Positions 1 to 10,264 are shown, counted from the first letter of the whole stretch. The stretch is 63,090 nucleotides of DNA, filler included, from 5 parts of 5 records of this genome joined end to end with filler, not necessarily neighbours in it; one strand, 5' to 3'. Notes: generated by a model not told the origin, from the letters alone. Translations and numbers: made by a program.

Positions 1-432
1 ATGAAAACAAAAAACAATGTTCAGAAAGCAGTTTTACGTTCAGTTGCAGTTATTGTAAGTTTTATACTATTGAGTTTTACGGTAAGCGCTCAAAGTTTTT
101 GGAAACGATTATTGGAGAACAGCAGTTTTAGTCATATTGCAATGGCAATGGTTAATCCGATAGAAGATCATGATTCAAAAGAGGTGTCGGAAGTATCTGG
201 AAAAACGTTTATGTTGGAAACCGAAATTGAATCGGCATTGGAATTGGAGGCTTGGATGACGGAAGAGTCAAACTTTGATGTTGTTAATCTTTATTTTCCG
301 GAAGAACCAGAAGAGGCAATGTTGGTGGAAGATTGGATGATGGATGAAGGTTATTTTCGGGTAAATGTTGAAAAAGAAAAAAGTTTAGCACTGGAAGACT
401 GGATGATTTCGGAAAATATTTGGGAAATATAA
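1..432 (+). CDS. Hypothetical exported protein with three acidic E-x-x-[LM]-x-[LV]-E-x-W-M repeats
   Basis: 143 aa ORF; hydrophobic N-terminus ending VSA-Q; repeats ESALELEAWM, EEAMLVEDWM, EKSLALEDWM. Confidence 0.75.
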   Translation: MKTKNNVQKAVLRSVAVIVSFILLSFTVSAQSFWKRLLENSSFSHIAMAMVNPIEDHDSKEVSEVSGKTFMLETEIESALELEAWMTEESNFDVVNLYFPEEPEEAMLVEDWMMDEGYFRVNVEKEKSLALEDWMISENIWEI

Positions 433-494
433 GCTATGTAAGCAAAGCAGAGATAAAGAAAGCAGAAGGTATAACCGAAAGAAAGGGACAAACA

Positions 495-827
495 ATGAAG
501 ATAGAAAACACAAAAGCTCAAATGAGGAAGGGAGTATTGGAATACTGCATCTTGCTCGTTCTCGATGGAAAGCCACTTTATGCCAGCGATATAATTCAGT
601 CGTTAAAGGAAGCAAAAATGATAGTGGTTGAAGGTACGCTTTATCCTTTGTTAACAAGGTTAAAAAATGCCGGACTTTTGGCGTATCGTTGGGAGGAATC
701 AACACAGGGACCACCGCGGAAGTACTATGAACTGACCGAAACCGGCCGAACATTTCTTGCTGAGCTTGAAGTTTCCTGGGGGGAATTAGTAGGTGCTGTA
801 GAAAAAATCAGAGAAAACAAAGCATAG
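495..827 (+). CDS. PadR family transcriptional regulator
   Basis: QMRKGVLEYCIL...EGTLYPLLTRL...GPPRKYYELT PadR motifs; start moved to ATG at 495 (MKIENTKAQ). Confidence 0.92.
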   Translation: MKIENTKAQMRKGVLEYCILLVLDGKPLYASDIIQSLKEAKMIVVEGTLYPLLTRLKNAGLLAYRWEESTQGPPRKYYELTETGRTFLAELEVSWGELVGAVEKIRENKA

Positions 828-861
828 TCTTTAATCGATATAAATTCAAACAAAAAACAAG

Positions 862-2439
862 ATGAAAAAGACATTTACAATCAATATAAGCGGCACCATT
901 TTTCATATCGAAGAGGATGCCTATGAGATACTTCAGAGATATTTGATCAACCTGAAAAACCATTTTGGTGCAGACGAGGAAGGAAAAGAGATAATTGCAG
1001 ATATTGAAGCGCGTATTGCTGAAATTTTCAGCTCGAAAAGTAATGAGGAAAAGAAGGTGATTACTGTGGAATGGGTGAACGATGTGATCGAAATTATGGG
1101 AACACCTGAAGATTTTGCAGAAGAAGAAGGAGAAGAAGAATCGATAGCTGATGAAGCAAAACGTAAACGCAGACTGTATCGCGACCCTGATCATCGGGTA
1201 TTCGGTGGCGTTTGTGGAGGTTTGGGTGCTTATTTTAGCATGGATCCGGTAATCCTTCGCATCATCTTTGTTGTACTTTTCTTTTTAACATCGGGAACTG
1301 CTGGTTTGGCATATATTATTTTGTGGATTGCTGTGCCAAAGGCGATTAATACTACTCAGCGATTGGAAATGCGGGGCCGTGAAGCAACGGTTAAGAACAT
1401 TGAAAAATCGATAAAGGAGGAAGTTAAAGAGGTTAAAGAAAGCTACAAAAAATTTAAAGAGTCGGATACCTATTCAAAAGGTAAAAAGTCGATGGAGGGA
1501 GCCGGTGATGTGGTTTACAATATTTTTAAGGTAATCTTAAAAGTTTTTGTAATTGTATTTGGGGTGTTTCTTATTCTTTCCGGCTTTTTAGGTTTGCTTG
1601 GGTTGATATCATCTATGATAATCGGTCATTCGTTTGTTGATGGATTGCCTTTGGTTTGGGGTCCCGAGATATATGTTCCAAATGTACTCAACCATTTTGT
1701 TGAGCCCGGAACAATGACCTGGGGAATGGTATTGGTTGGCCTTATTACAGGAATTCCGCTGTTGGCACTGTTGTATGTAGGAACAAAACTGGTTTTCAGG
1801 TATAAATCGAATAATGCGGTTATTGCTCTTACGATGGTTGGTGTATGGTTAATTTCAATTTTTACCTTGCTGGTTATTTCTGTAAGTCAGGTTGGAAATT
1901 ACAAGGATACCTCATCGGTAACTCGTAGCGAAACAATAGACTGTAATTCGTGCCAAACCCTTTATTTGCAATTGGCTGAAGATAAGCTGGAAGATTACGC
2001 CGAACTTGATTGGGATATTGAAGGATTTAAAATGGTGGTAATCGATGGAGAAGAGGTAGTTGTTGGCCATCCTCGCTTAGATGTTGTTCGTTCAACGTCA
2101 GATGAGTTTGTAATATCTGTTAAGAGTTCTTCTCGCGGAAAATCCAGGGAGGATGCTAATAGCCGGAGCAAAGAGATTGTTTACACTTATAATTTGAATG
2201 ATTCAACTGTTGTTTTTGATCCTTATTTTTATTTGGGAGAAGAAGCCAAGTGGCGGGGTCAGGAAGTAGATATTAAAGTAAAGGTACCGGAAGGAAAAGC
2301 TGTCTATTTGGGGGAAGATATGGTCGAAATTATTCACGACATAGAAAATACATCGAATACCTGGGATGGTGATATGGTGGAGAAATTTTGGGAAATGCAA
2401 CCTGAAGGATTAACAGAGAAAGGAGTTGATAAAAAGTAA
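862..2439 (+). CDS. PspC domain-containing membrane protein
   Basis: RLYRDPDHRVFGGVCGGLGAYF...YIILWIAVP PspC motif; N-terminal EIIADIEARIAE domain; several TM helices; follows PadR. Confidence 0.9.
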   Translation: MKKTFTINISGTIFHIEEDAYEILQRYLINLKNHFGADEEGKEIIADIEARIAEIFSSKSNEEKKVITVEWVNDVIEIMGTPEDFAEEEGEEESIADEAKRKRRLYRDPDHRVFGGVCGGLGAYFSMDPVILRIIFVVLFFLTSGTAGLAYIILWIAVPKAINTTQRLEMRGREATVKNIEKSIKEEVKEVKESYKKFKESDTYSKGKKSMEGAGDVVYNIFKVILKVFVIVFGVFLILSGFLGLLGLISSMIIGHSFVDGLPLVWGPEIYVPNVLNHFVEPGTMTWGMVLVGLITGIPLLALLYVGTKLVFRYKSNNAVIALTMVGVWLISIFTLLVISVSQVGNYKDTSSVTRSETIDCNSCQTLYLQLAEDKLEDYAELDWDIEGFKMVVIDGEEVVVGHPRLDVVRSTSDEFVISVKSSSRGKSREDANSRSKEIVYTYNLNDSTVVFDPYFYLGEEAKWRGQEVDIKVKVPEGKAVYLGEDMVEIIHDIENTSNTWDGDMVEKFWEMQPEGLTEKGVDKK

Positions 2440-2508
2440 AACCGAATAAAGACAGATGAGGTATTGCAAGTATTCTTGCTTGCCTCTGTTGTTTATAAAT
2501 TATTAACC

Positions 2509-3012
2509 ATGAAAATAATAACTGCTATTTTATTTGCCATTGGGCTGTTTCTGGCCAGCCTGTTAACACATGCTCAAAGCAAGTCGGATAAAATCTATGA
2601 TGTTTTTGCCAATAAAGATGGGGTAACCAGTTTTTCCTTTTCAAAAGATATGCTTGATGTTGTTGATATAGACCTGGGAAGTGATGATGATGAAAGAAAT
2701 GTTACCGGAGATTTACATCGTGTTCGGTTTATGTCGTATAATCCTGAAAAAGGAAGTTTGACAGGAAATGATTTTACAAAAAAGGCAATTGCCATGTTGC
2801 CTGGAGCCTATAAAAAATATGTTGAAGAGGATGGTTGTGACGATGATGCTGAAATTTGGCTACTTGGAAAAAAGAAGAAATTCTCTGAGTGTCATGTGTT
2901 TGTAAAAAATAATGATCCGGGAGAGAATTGTTTTATCGTATCATTTTATGGCGATTTTAATGTTAACGATATAAAAAAGTTAAAAGAAGAAGGGAAAGAC
3001 TTTCGGGAATAG
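2509..3012 (+). CDS. DUF4252-like exported protein
   Basis: Signal peptide ending THA-Q; YDVFANKDGVTSFSFSKDML and IVSFYGDF resemble DUF4252; ATG at 2509. Confidence 0.7.
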   Translation: MKIITAILFAIGLFLASLLTHAQSKSDKIYDVFANKDGVTSFSFSKDMLDVVDIDLGSDDDERNVTGDLHRVRFMSYNPEKGSLTGNDFTKKAIAMLPGAYKKYVEEDGCDDDAEIWLLGKKKKFSECHVFVKNNDPGENCFIVSFYGDFNVNDIKKLKEEGKDFRE

Positions 3013-3040
3013 TTAATAACCTAAAAGTTGTTGGAGTCAG

Positions 3041-3078
3041 GTCGCTGTAACACATTGTATTGCAGCGACTTGTTTTTG
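3041..3078 (+). terminator. Intrinsic terminator after the PadR-PspC-DUF4252 cluster
   Basis: GTCGCTGTAA...TTGCAGCGAC stem followed by TTGTTTTTG. Confidence 0.75.
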
Positions 3079-3412
3079 TTGTGTTTTGTTGTTTTACGCC
3101 TTTTGGACATGGGACAGAGAAGACATTGTCCCAGATTGAAACAAAAAAGAATTATTTTTCAGATCCTATTCACATGTTTATGTTAATTCTTTATTTTTGC
3201 CATCGTTTTAAGTTAACCCTATGTGGTTATATTTAAGCGTTAAAATGTTGATTTGCAGTTTTATTAAGTATTAAGTTGCATTAAGCCATTCGAAACAGTT
3301 ATAATTTACATTTGTTTTATTGCAATTATGGTCGAAATAAGCTGCAGATGTACTGATTGTTTTAAGTGAGAGGTACATTATAACAGCAAAGTATTTAAGG
3401 CAAAAAAGAATT

Positions 3413-5964
3413 GTGCAAACAGTAGTAAACAAATACAAAAAGGGTTTATCCCTTGATGGTTGTTTGGTGTGGGATTTGATGTGTTTGATGTCATGTCTTG
3501 TGCGATACAATGTTTTGCGTATTTTTCTGCTTATTTCAATAATCTTTATTTCTTTTATTAATTCTTTAGGGCAAACAACTATCTGGAGCGAGGACTTTGA
3601 TAGTTATGCAGATGAAACAATTTCTGGTCAAGGAGCTCCTTCTGTTACAACCTGGAATACTGATGGTTTTAGAGACAATCAAATTGGTCCCCAGGTTAGA
3701 AATGTAGGTGTATATGTTCAGGATAATCAGCTTCTTGGAAGAAATACCGCATATGGCAATCCTGCTTAGACTACTTGGGAGATTAGTAGTACTGATCCAA
3801 TAGAAATATCAGGATTCTCAAATGTTACAGTATCGATTGATTTAAGTTCATCTAATGGACTTGAATCTACAGATAATATCAGCATTGATTATAATATTGA
3901 TGGTGGTGGTTGGATTTCTTTTCCTTCAAGCCCCTGGACTGGAAGCATTGGGGGATCGACTGTCGCAACTGTTTCTAGATTGACAGGAAATGAATTATTA
4001 ATCAGGATCATTTTATCCAATGATGAAAACAATGAGTTTTATTATGCGGATAATATATTGGTTCAGGGCACTCCTATAACTCCACCTGCCTGCGCAACTT
4101 CATTTTCACCAACAGACGGAGAAACGAATATTGCGGTTGATGGTAGTCTGAGTTGGGATATGGTTTCGGGGGCTAGTGGATATAAAATTTTTCTGGGAAC
4201 AGATGCCGGAGCTACAACCATTGAGAATGGGACAGACCTTGGAGATGTTACAACTTATACACCATCTTCTGATCTTGATTTTTTGACCGAATACTTTTGG
4301 AAGATTGTGCCCTATAACTCGATTGGTGATGCAACGGGTTGTGATACCTTGAGTTTTACAACTGAGGATGTAAGCTATTGTGATGCTGGAGCTAATATCG
4401 AGGATGAATATTTAAATCGGGTTCAGGTTGGAGCAATTGATAATAATAATACAGGGTGGTCGACGGATGGGTATGGAGATTTTTCCGATTTGTCTACCAC
4501 ATTGCAACAAGGACAAGCCAATGTTGCTTTAAGCATTGAAATAGGAACCTACTACACAGGTGATGATATTAGTGTATGGGTGGATTGGGATAAGAACGGG
4601 GAATTCGACACCAGTGAATCTATTGTATGTGATGATAATGCAAGTGCTACAAATTCATATACATTTGATGTTCCAGTTGACGCGAGTTTAGGAGCATTGA
4701 GGATGCGAATCAGACTTAAATATTATAATTCTTCATGTGAAACAAACGGAGCCTGTGATTACGAAATGTATGGTGAGGTTGAAGACTACACACTGAATAT
4801 TGTTTCTGCTTGTTCTGCAAATGCCTATAACATTGCGGGAGGAGGTAGTTTTTGTTTGGGTGGAACAGGCTTTGAAATAACATTGGATGGTTCAGAATCC
4901 GGCGTTGAATACCAGTTGTATCTTGATGGATCAACTGCCATTGGAGGGGCAATTGCCGGAGACGGTAATGCCATAAGTTTTGGAAATCAAACTGCAGAAG
5001 GTACCTATACCGTAGTTGGGCATCACATAGCAGAAGACTGTGATGTAAATATGAACGGTAGTGTTTCTGTAACTGTTAATCCGATTCCTACAATAAGTGC
5101 TGTTGCCCAAAATGCCGATGTATGTGTAGGTTCAGCAGCCCTCATCAATCTAACAGGTTTAATACCCAATTCAACATTTACCTTAAATTATACAATTAGC
5201 GGTGTTGTCCAAACAGCACAAACCGGATTAACTGCCAATGCCAGCGGGAATTCCAGCTTTTCTACTGCTGCTTTATCTGAGTCTGATAATGGCAAAACTT
5301 TGGAAATAACCGATATCACAATTACCAGTTCAACACCGAATTGTTCCAATAGCTTTTCCGGAATTACAACCACTCTGGTTGCGCTTCCAACGGAAGTGAG
5401 TGTGGCAATTACAGCAAATCCATCGGGAGCTGTTTGTCCGGGAACAACTGTTAACTATACTGCAACCCCTGTTAATGGCGGTTCTTCACCATCCTACCAA
5501 TGGAAAGTAAACGGAGTTAATGTTGGAACTGATTCCGATACTTACAGTTATGAACCGGCTGATGGTGATGAGGTTTCATGTGTTTTAACTTCTAGCTCAT
5601 CATGTGCCACAGGTTCGGTTATAGTTCCAATCTTGTTTTTTTCGTGGGATGATGATTCCAAACCTTTAACTGAGGCAGATTATGGACTAAGTGCGATTTC
5701 AATCGATTCTGAAGCTAAATACGATAACGGAAGATTAACGCCGGGACCAACAAGTGGAGGGGAGAGAGGTATTGATTTAACATTTAGCGGAGCTGAACCA
5801 GATTTAAATTTTGAAGGACTGGAATACTCTATTGATTACAGACGAGATGAATCGCAGGCAGAAATGTTTACCAGGGGATCTTATCTGATCATAACCAGTG
5901 GATCAGATTATTCGGTTACTTACCGGGTGAGTGACGGAGCGGGTTCTTATACAACTATCTCTAG
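3413..5964 (+). pseudogene. Large multidomain surface protein (GEVED plus Ig/FN3-like domains, probable T9SS cargo), interrupted by an in-frame TAG at 3767-3769 and truncated at the contig end
   Basis: ORFs 3413-3769 and 3980 onward share one frame; 3770-3979 translates without stops (TTWEISSTDPIEISGFSNVTVSIDL...IDGGGW); signal peptide SLG-Q; YGEVEDY motif. Confidence 0.7.
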
Positions 5965-6064
5965 NNNNNNNNNNNNNNNNNNNNNNNNNNNNNNNNNNNN
6001 NNNNNNNNTTAATTAATTAANNNNNNNNNNNNNNNNNNNNNNNNNNNNNNNNNNNNNNNNNNNN
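5965..6064. other. Artificial contig linker
   Basis: N44-TTAATTAATTAA-N44; stops in all frames. Confidence 0.98.
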
Positions 6065-6139
6065 GGACTTTCACCCGTCCTCGCTGGGCTGCAGCAGTTT
6101 TTTCTTACCTGGATATTGCTAAAATGTTAGAATGTTGTT

Positions 6140-6206
6140 CGACTCCTCCGGAGTCGTATAGAAAGGTAACTTGTGATGGCTATAAAGATGGGATGCCGCT
6201 GGCATC
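6140..6206. repeat. Pair of REP-like short palindromes
   Basis: CGACTCC-TCC-GGAGTCG (6140-6156) and GATGCC-GCT-GGCATC (6192-6206). Confidence 0.55.
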
Positions 6207-6286
6207 AGGCTATCCCCCATCAAAATATTTAATGGATTGTACAATTAAAACTATATTGCCCTTCTCATTAGTTTAATAATATGATG

Positions 6287-6928
6287 TCAATTGTTATCTG
6301 TTATCCAGTAATTCAATTTTCGTTTTCTGTTTGGAAATTCTTCAATGTCATTTATATGAGTTGTTCGATTTAAAACACTTTTCTCCAGATAACTTTGCAA
6401 GGAGTCAGCATAGAATGAACCATATACAATTGGTTTATTCAAGTCATGCATTTCATATCCTGTGGATAAATAACAAATCGGATTTGTTTGATTGTCAATA
6501 ACCATAAAATAGAATCTTTCAAGCGGAAAAAGGAAAGGTATTTTAGATGATTTCATTTGGGAATAGCTAATTCCCTTCATTTTCAAAACTTCAGCAATCA
6601 AGCCTTTTATCTCATTCAAGTGTTCTGTTAATGAATAAAAATTAGGCTCGTATTGGTAATCTATTCCACTATTTCCATAAATATTTATTCCATGAAGGTT
6701 TGTTCCATTCATAGTTTTATAGAACCATTTGAGTTCTTCCGGAAATTCAAAACCCAATTCTTTCTGAATACTTTCTATTCTTAATTCAGAAAGTCCTTCA
6801 TTCCATTTTGTCCCATTCTGAAACTGAAATCCATACGCATCCATATCTAACTCTAATTCGTCAAAGTGCTTTTCGCTTTCTTTTTTGAACCAAAGCATAA
6901 ACTCCTTATGTTTTTCTGGATGACTCAT
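6287..6928 (-). CDS. SMI1/KNR4 family protein
   Basis: GLSELRIESIQKELGFEFPEELKWFYKTMNG matches the SMI1/KNR4 core. Confidence 0.8.
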   Translation of the reverse strand: MSHPEKHKEFMLWFKKESEKHFDELELDMDAYGFQFQNGTKWNEGLSELRIESIQKELGFEFPEELKWFYKTMNGTNLHGINIYGNSGIDYQYEPNFYSLTEHLNEIKGLIAEVLKMKGISYSQMKSSKIPFLFPLERFYFMVIDNQTNPICYLSTGYEMHDLNKPIVYGSFYADSLQSYLEKSVLNRTTHINDIEEFPNRKRKLNYWITDNN

Positions 6929-6955
6929 ATGAAATTATTTAGCTACATCTCTCCT

Positions 6956-7294
6956 TTACACATTCACCACCTTAGCTGCTTTTTTCTGGAGCTGGATAAT
7001 ATCGACCATGGTTCCGGCGATGCCTAATGCTATTTGATCTATCAATCCAAAATGATTGATGCAGGTTTTGCAGGCAATGAGTTTTACGCCTTTTTCTTCC
7101 AGTGCTTTTAATTCATCTAAAGCAGGAGAGTCATTACTGATGAGTCGTACACCTTCGTTGTAAAAGGTGATGAATTTAGGAGGATGACTTTCTTCGTTTA
7201 GTAGCTTGAGGTAGTTTGTAATTAATCGAAGACCTAGTTCCTTATCTCCGGAACCCATGCCGTTTTGGGTAATTTGTATTAAAGTGTTTTTCAC
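6956..7294 (-). CDS. DsrE-family protein resembling the C-terminal domain of YedF-type sulfur/selenium proteins
   Basis: GMGSGDKELG...FYNEGVRL...LEEKGVKLIACKTC...GTMVDII. Confidence 0.8.
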   Translation of the reverse strand: MKNTLIQITQNGMGSGDKELGLRLITNYLKLLNEESHPPKFITFYNEGVRLISNDSPALDELKALEEKGVKLIACKTCINHFGLIDQIALGIAGTMVDIIQLQKKAAKVVNV

Positions 7295-7304
7295 AATATG
7301 TTTT

Positions 7305-7410
7305 TTAGATTAGAGATTGTGAGATATTAGATAAGTGACTTTATATCTATTAACAAGTTTGATCCTATTCAATCTAGTCTAATGTCTATAATCTATTATC
7401 TAGGAGTCTA
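7305..7410. repeat. Imperfect inverted array of ~7-bp AGAYnnn units
   Basis: AGATATT-AGATAAG... followed by complementary ...TAATGTC-TATAATC-TATTATC-T units. Confidence 0.5.
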
Positions 7411-7412
7411 AA

Positions 7413-8135
7413 TTAAATCACTCTCTCAAAATAATCCTGTTCAATCAATGGTTTGCCCATAAAACGAAGTAAGAGTTGCGCAGTGGCAAATACATCTTTT
7501 TCGCAATAAATGGCTATGCGGTCCAAATCGTTTTCCTGATAATATACCTCTGCCACCTGACTACCATCAATATCGTCCTTAGGAGAAGGAATATTAAAAA
7601 TGGTAGTTAGCAAGTTCAGCGAAGTGTAGTGTTTATAGTCACCAAACTTCCAAAGATCAAGCGTGTCCAGAAACTTTACTTCCCAAGGCTTTTTACCGGC
7701 AATATTCAGGGCTTGCGGTAATTTTAAACCATGAATCAGCATACGGCGTGCAATAAACGGAAAGTCGAACTCCTTGGCATTATGCCCGCACATATTTCTA
7801 TCTGGACTTTTGGCCATAAAATGTTCGAGCATATCAGAAAATTCCATCAACAACTTTTTCTCATCATCGCTGGCAAAACTCTTGACTTTAAAATGCATTT
7901 CGCCTTTTACATGATGAATAATTCCGGCCGAAATACAAACGATCTTACCAAACTCGGCATAAATTCCGGCTCTTTGGTACACATCGCCCGGTGTTTCTTC
8001 ATCTTTCAAAAAGTATTCGGCCTTTTTATCCCACAAAGGTTTCATGTTTTCATCCACATCCGCATAAGTAGGACATTGAGGAACAGTTTCAATATCGATA
8101 AAAAGAATGTTTTCGGGTTTAAGATGATCCAGCAT
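7413..8135 (-). CDS. 3'-5' exonuclease (PolB-like DEDD / RNase H-like)
   Basis: FIDIETV, GHNAKEFDFPF and YCEKDV exo I/II/III motifs. Confidence 0.9.
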   Translation of the reverse strand: MLDHLKPENILFIDIETVPQCPTYADVDENMKPLWDKKAEYFLKDEETPGDVYQRAGIYAEFGKIVCISAGIIHHVKGEMHFKVKSFASDDEKKLLMEFSDMLEHFMAKSPDRNMCGHNAKEFDFPFIARRMLIHGLKLPQALNIAGKKPWEVKFLDTLDLWKFGDYKHYTSLNLLTTIFNIPSPKDDIDGSQVAEVYYQENDLDRIAIYCEKDVFATAQLLLRFMGKPLIEQDYFERVI

Positions 8136-8140
8136 AATGT

Positions 8141-8752
8141 TTAGTTATTTAGATTTTGCTCAATGTATTGTTTTAATAAGTTAATGGCTACTACGTTGTT
8201 TCCACCCTGCGGAACAATCAAGTTCGCGTACCTTTTGGTGGGTTCTATAAATTGCAGGTGACTAGGTTTAACGGTTTTGGAGTAGCGATCCAGCACCTGG
8301 GCCACATCTCTTCCTCGTTCAATAATATCTCGCGCTATCACCCTGGAAAGTCTATCGTCGGCATCAGCATCTACAAAAATTCTAAGATCCATTAAGTCCC
8401 GCAGGTCCTTGTGTCCAAGTATTAAAATGCCTTCCACTATCACCACTTGGGTAGGATGAATGTCGATGGTTTCGTGCCCTCTCGTACAAGTCAAATACGA
8501 ATAAGTAGGTAATTCCACCGATTCCTTTTTTCTCAGGCGCTTTAAATGTTCCACCAACAATTCAAACTCAATACTATCCGGATGGTCAAAATTAATTTTT
8601 TGACGCTCCTCCAGCGGCATATGACTATTATCTCTGTAATATGAATCCTGTGGTAAAACCGTTACTTCACCCTCTGGCAGCTGCTCAATTATTTTTCGTA
8701 CAACCGTTGTTTTTCCCGAACCTGTCCCTCCGGCAATTCCTATTATTAACAT
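8141..8752 (-). CDS. udk: Uridine kinase
   Basis: IGIAGGTGSGKTT, QDSYY, NFDHP, VEGIL, RDIIERGR. Confidence 0.95.
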   Translation of the reverse strand: MLIIGIAGGTGSGKTTVVRKIIEQLPEGEVTVLPQDSYYRDNSHMPLEERQKINFDHPDSIEFELLVEHLKRLRKKESVELPTYSYLTCTRGHETIDIHPTQVVIVEGILILGHKDLRDLMDLRIFVDADADDRLSRVIARDIIERGRDVAQVLDRYSKTVKPSHLQFIEPTKRYANLIVPQGGNNVVAINLLKQYIEQNLNN

Positions 8753-8819
8753 GAATACTTGCTTTTTTTATCTTTGTAAAGAAATCAGAACAAATATAAA
8801 CTGTAAAATAACAAAAAAC

Positions 8820-9119
8820 ATGATTAGACACATCGTTTTATTTAAACTCCAGGCATTTGATTCGGAATCTGCCAAAACTGAAAAGCTAAGCGAGATAAAA
8901 ACAGCTTTGGAAGCGCTTCCTCCTAAAATTGATGTTATCAACAGACTGGAAGTGGGACTGAATGCCAATCCAAACGAAGAATATGATATTGCACTAACCG
9001 TGGATGTAGATTCTTTAGAAGCTTTGGAAGTATATGCCAAACATCCCGATCATGTTGCTGTTGGTGGTATTATTCGTCCTGTTTTGGATAAGAGAGCTTG
9101 TGTGGATTATCAGATGTAA
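8820..9119 (+). CDS. Dabb family stress-responsive A/B barrel protein
   Basis: MIRHIVLFKL...YAKHPDH...CVDY; ATG at 8820. Confidence 0.9.
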   Translation: MIRHIVLFKLQAFDSESAKTEKLSEIKTALEALPPKIDVINRLEVGLNANPNEEYDIALTVDVDSLEALEVYAKHPDHVAVGGIIRPVLDKRACVDYQM

Positions 9120-9165
9120 GTTTGTTCTTTCTTAAAGTCTAAAATAACAATCAACTTTTAATTTT

Positions 9166-10254
9166 ATGAAAACTAAAAAAATCTACTGGGTACTATCGCT
9201 ACTGCTGTTTTTGGTAGCGTGTACCTCATCTAAAAATGTTCAGGTTGCACCTGATAACCAAGCACTGGATTATGTTGGACGAATTAATTTCGAAAATCCT
9301 CAATCTCCGGAAATTTACTGGAGTGGTTCTTCTGTATCGATTAATTTTAAGGGCAGTGCTATCTCTGCTAAACTAGTCGACGAATATGGATTGAGTTATT
9401 TTAATGTGGTGATTGATAATGATTCTGTTTATCCTTTAAAACTAACCAAAGACACTGCGACTTATGTTTTGGCTGATAGCCTGGATGCTAATATACCACA
9501 TACCATATCGCTGGTAAAGCGTAACGAATGGGTTACCGGGAAAACACAGTTTTTAGGTTTCGATATTTCCCATGGAGAAATTCTTCCTGCTTCACCTAAA
9601 AGGGACAAGTTAATAGAGTTTTATGGCAACAGCATCACGGCTGGTTATGCCATTGAAAACCTAACTGGTGGCGACTCTCCTGATAGCACTTATACCAATA
9701 ATTACAAGACCTATGCAGCTTTAACAGCTCGTCATTTTAATGCCGATTTACATTGCATTGTTCGTTCAGGTATTGGTATTCAGGTTAGTTGGGATCGCCC
9801 TATCATGCCCGAAATTTACAATCGCTTAAATCCGGTTGATTCTACCAGCTTGTGGGACTTTTCAAAAGTTACGCCTGATTTGGTGGTGATTAACCTGATG
9901 CAAAACGACAAGTGGCTGGTTGAATTACCCAATTACAAAGAATTCAAATATCGCTTTGGTACTCAAAAACCGGATGAAAAACAGATTATTGATGCTTATG
10001 CCGATTTTGTTGCCAGCATTCGAAAAGAATATCCTTCCACTCCTATTATTTGTGCTTTAGGTAGTATGGATGCTACTCAAGAAGGTTCTCTTTGGCCAGG
10101 CTATGTGGAAAAAGCAGTGGAACAATTACAGGATGAAAACATCTATACCCACTTTTTCCCATTTATCAATAAAGGTGGACACCCAAGAGTAGCCGATGAT
10201 GAAAAAATGGCAGCCAGTTTAATTGATTTTATTGAAGATACTTTTGAATGGTAA
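9166..10254 (+). CDS. SGNH/GDSL esterase lipoprotein, CE2-like
   Basis: Lipobox LVAC; IEFYGNSITAGY, SGIG, INLMQND, GHP. Confidence 0.85.
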   Translation: MKTKKIYWVLSLLLFLVACTSSKNVQVAPDNQALDYVGRINFENPQSPEIYWSGSSVSINFKGSAISAKLVDEYGLSYFNVVIDNDSVYPLKLTKDTATYVLADSLDANIPHTISLVKRNEWVTGKTQFLGFDISHGEILPASPKRDKLIEFYGNSITAGYAIENLTGGDSPDSTYTNNYKTYAALTARHFNADLHCIVRSGIGIQVSWDRPIMPEIYNRLNPVDSTSLWDFSKVTPDLVVINLMQNDKWLVELPNYKEFKYRFGTQKPDEKQIIDAYADFVASIRKEYPSTPIICALGSMDATQEGSLWPGYVEKAVEQLQDENIYTHFFPFINKGGHPRVADDEKMAASLIDFIEDTFEW

Positions 10255-10264
10255 TTATAGGGAA

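Noticed and set aside
385-1194. Minus-strand ORFs 385-753 and 808-1194, and the many other 60-140 aa ORFs nested in or antisense to long genes
   Set aside because: They shadow well-supported genes on the other strand or frame and show no recognisable motifs.
3271-3510. 79-aa minus-strand ORF upstream of the GEVED gene
   Set aside because: Lies in an AT-rich promoter region, overlaps the plus-strand gene start and has no motif.
3767-3769. Genome-wide TAG recoding or pyrrolysine
   Set aside because: TAG terminates neighbouring genes on the same contig, and no pyl genes are visible in the window.
6009-6020. TTAATTAATTAA palindrome repeated four times inside N-runs
   Set aside because: Identical N44-12-N44 layout each time: an artificial contig-joining linker, not a biological repeat.
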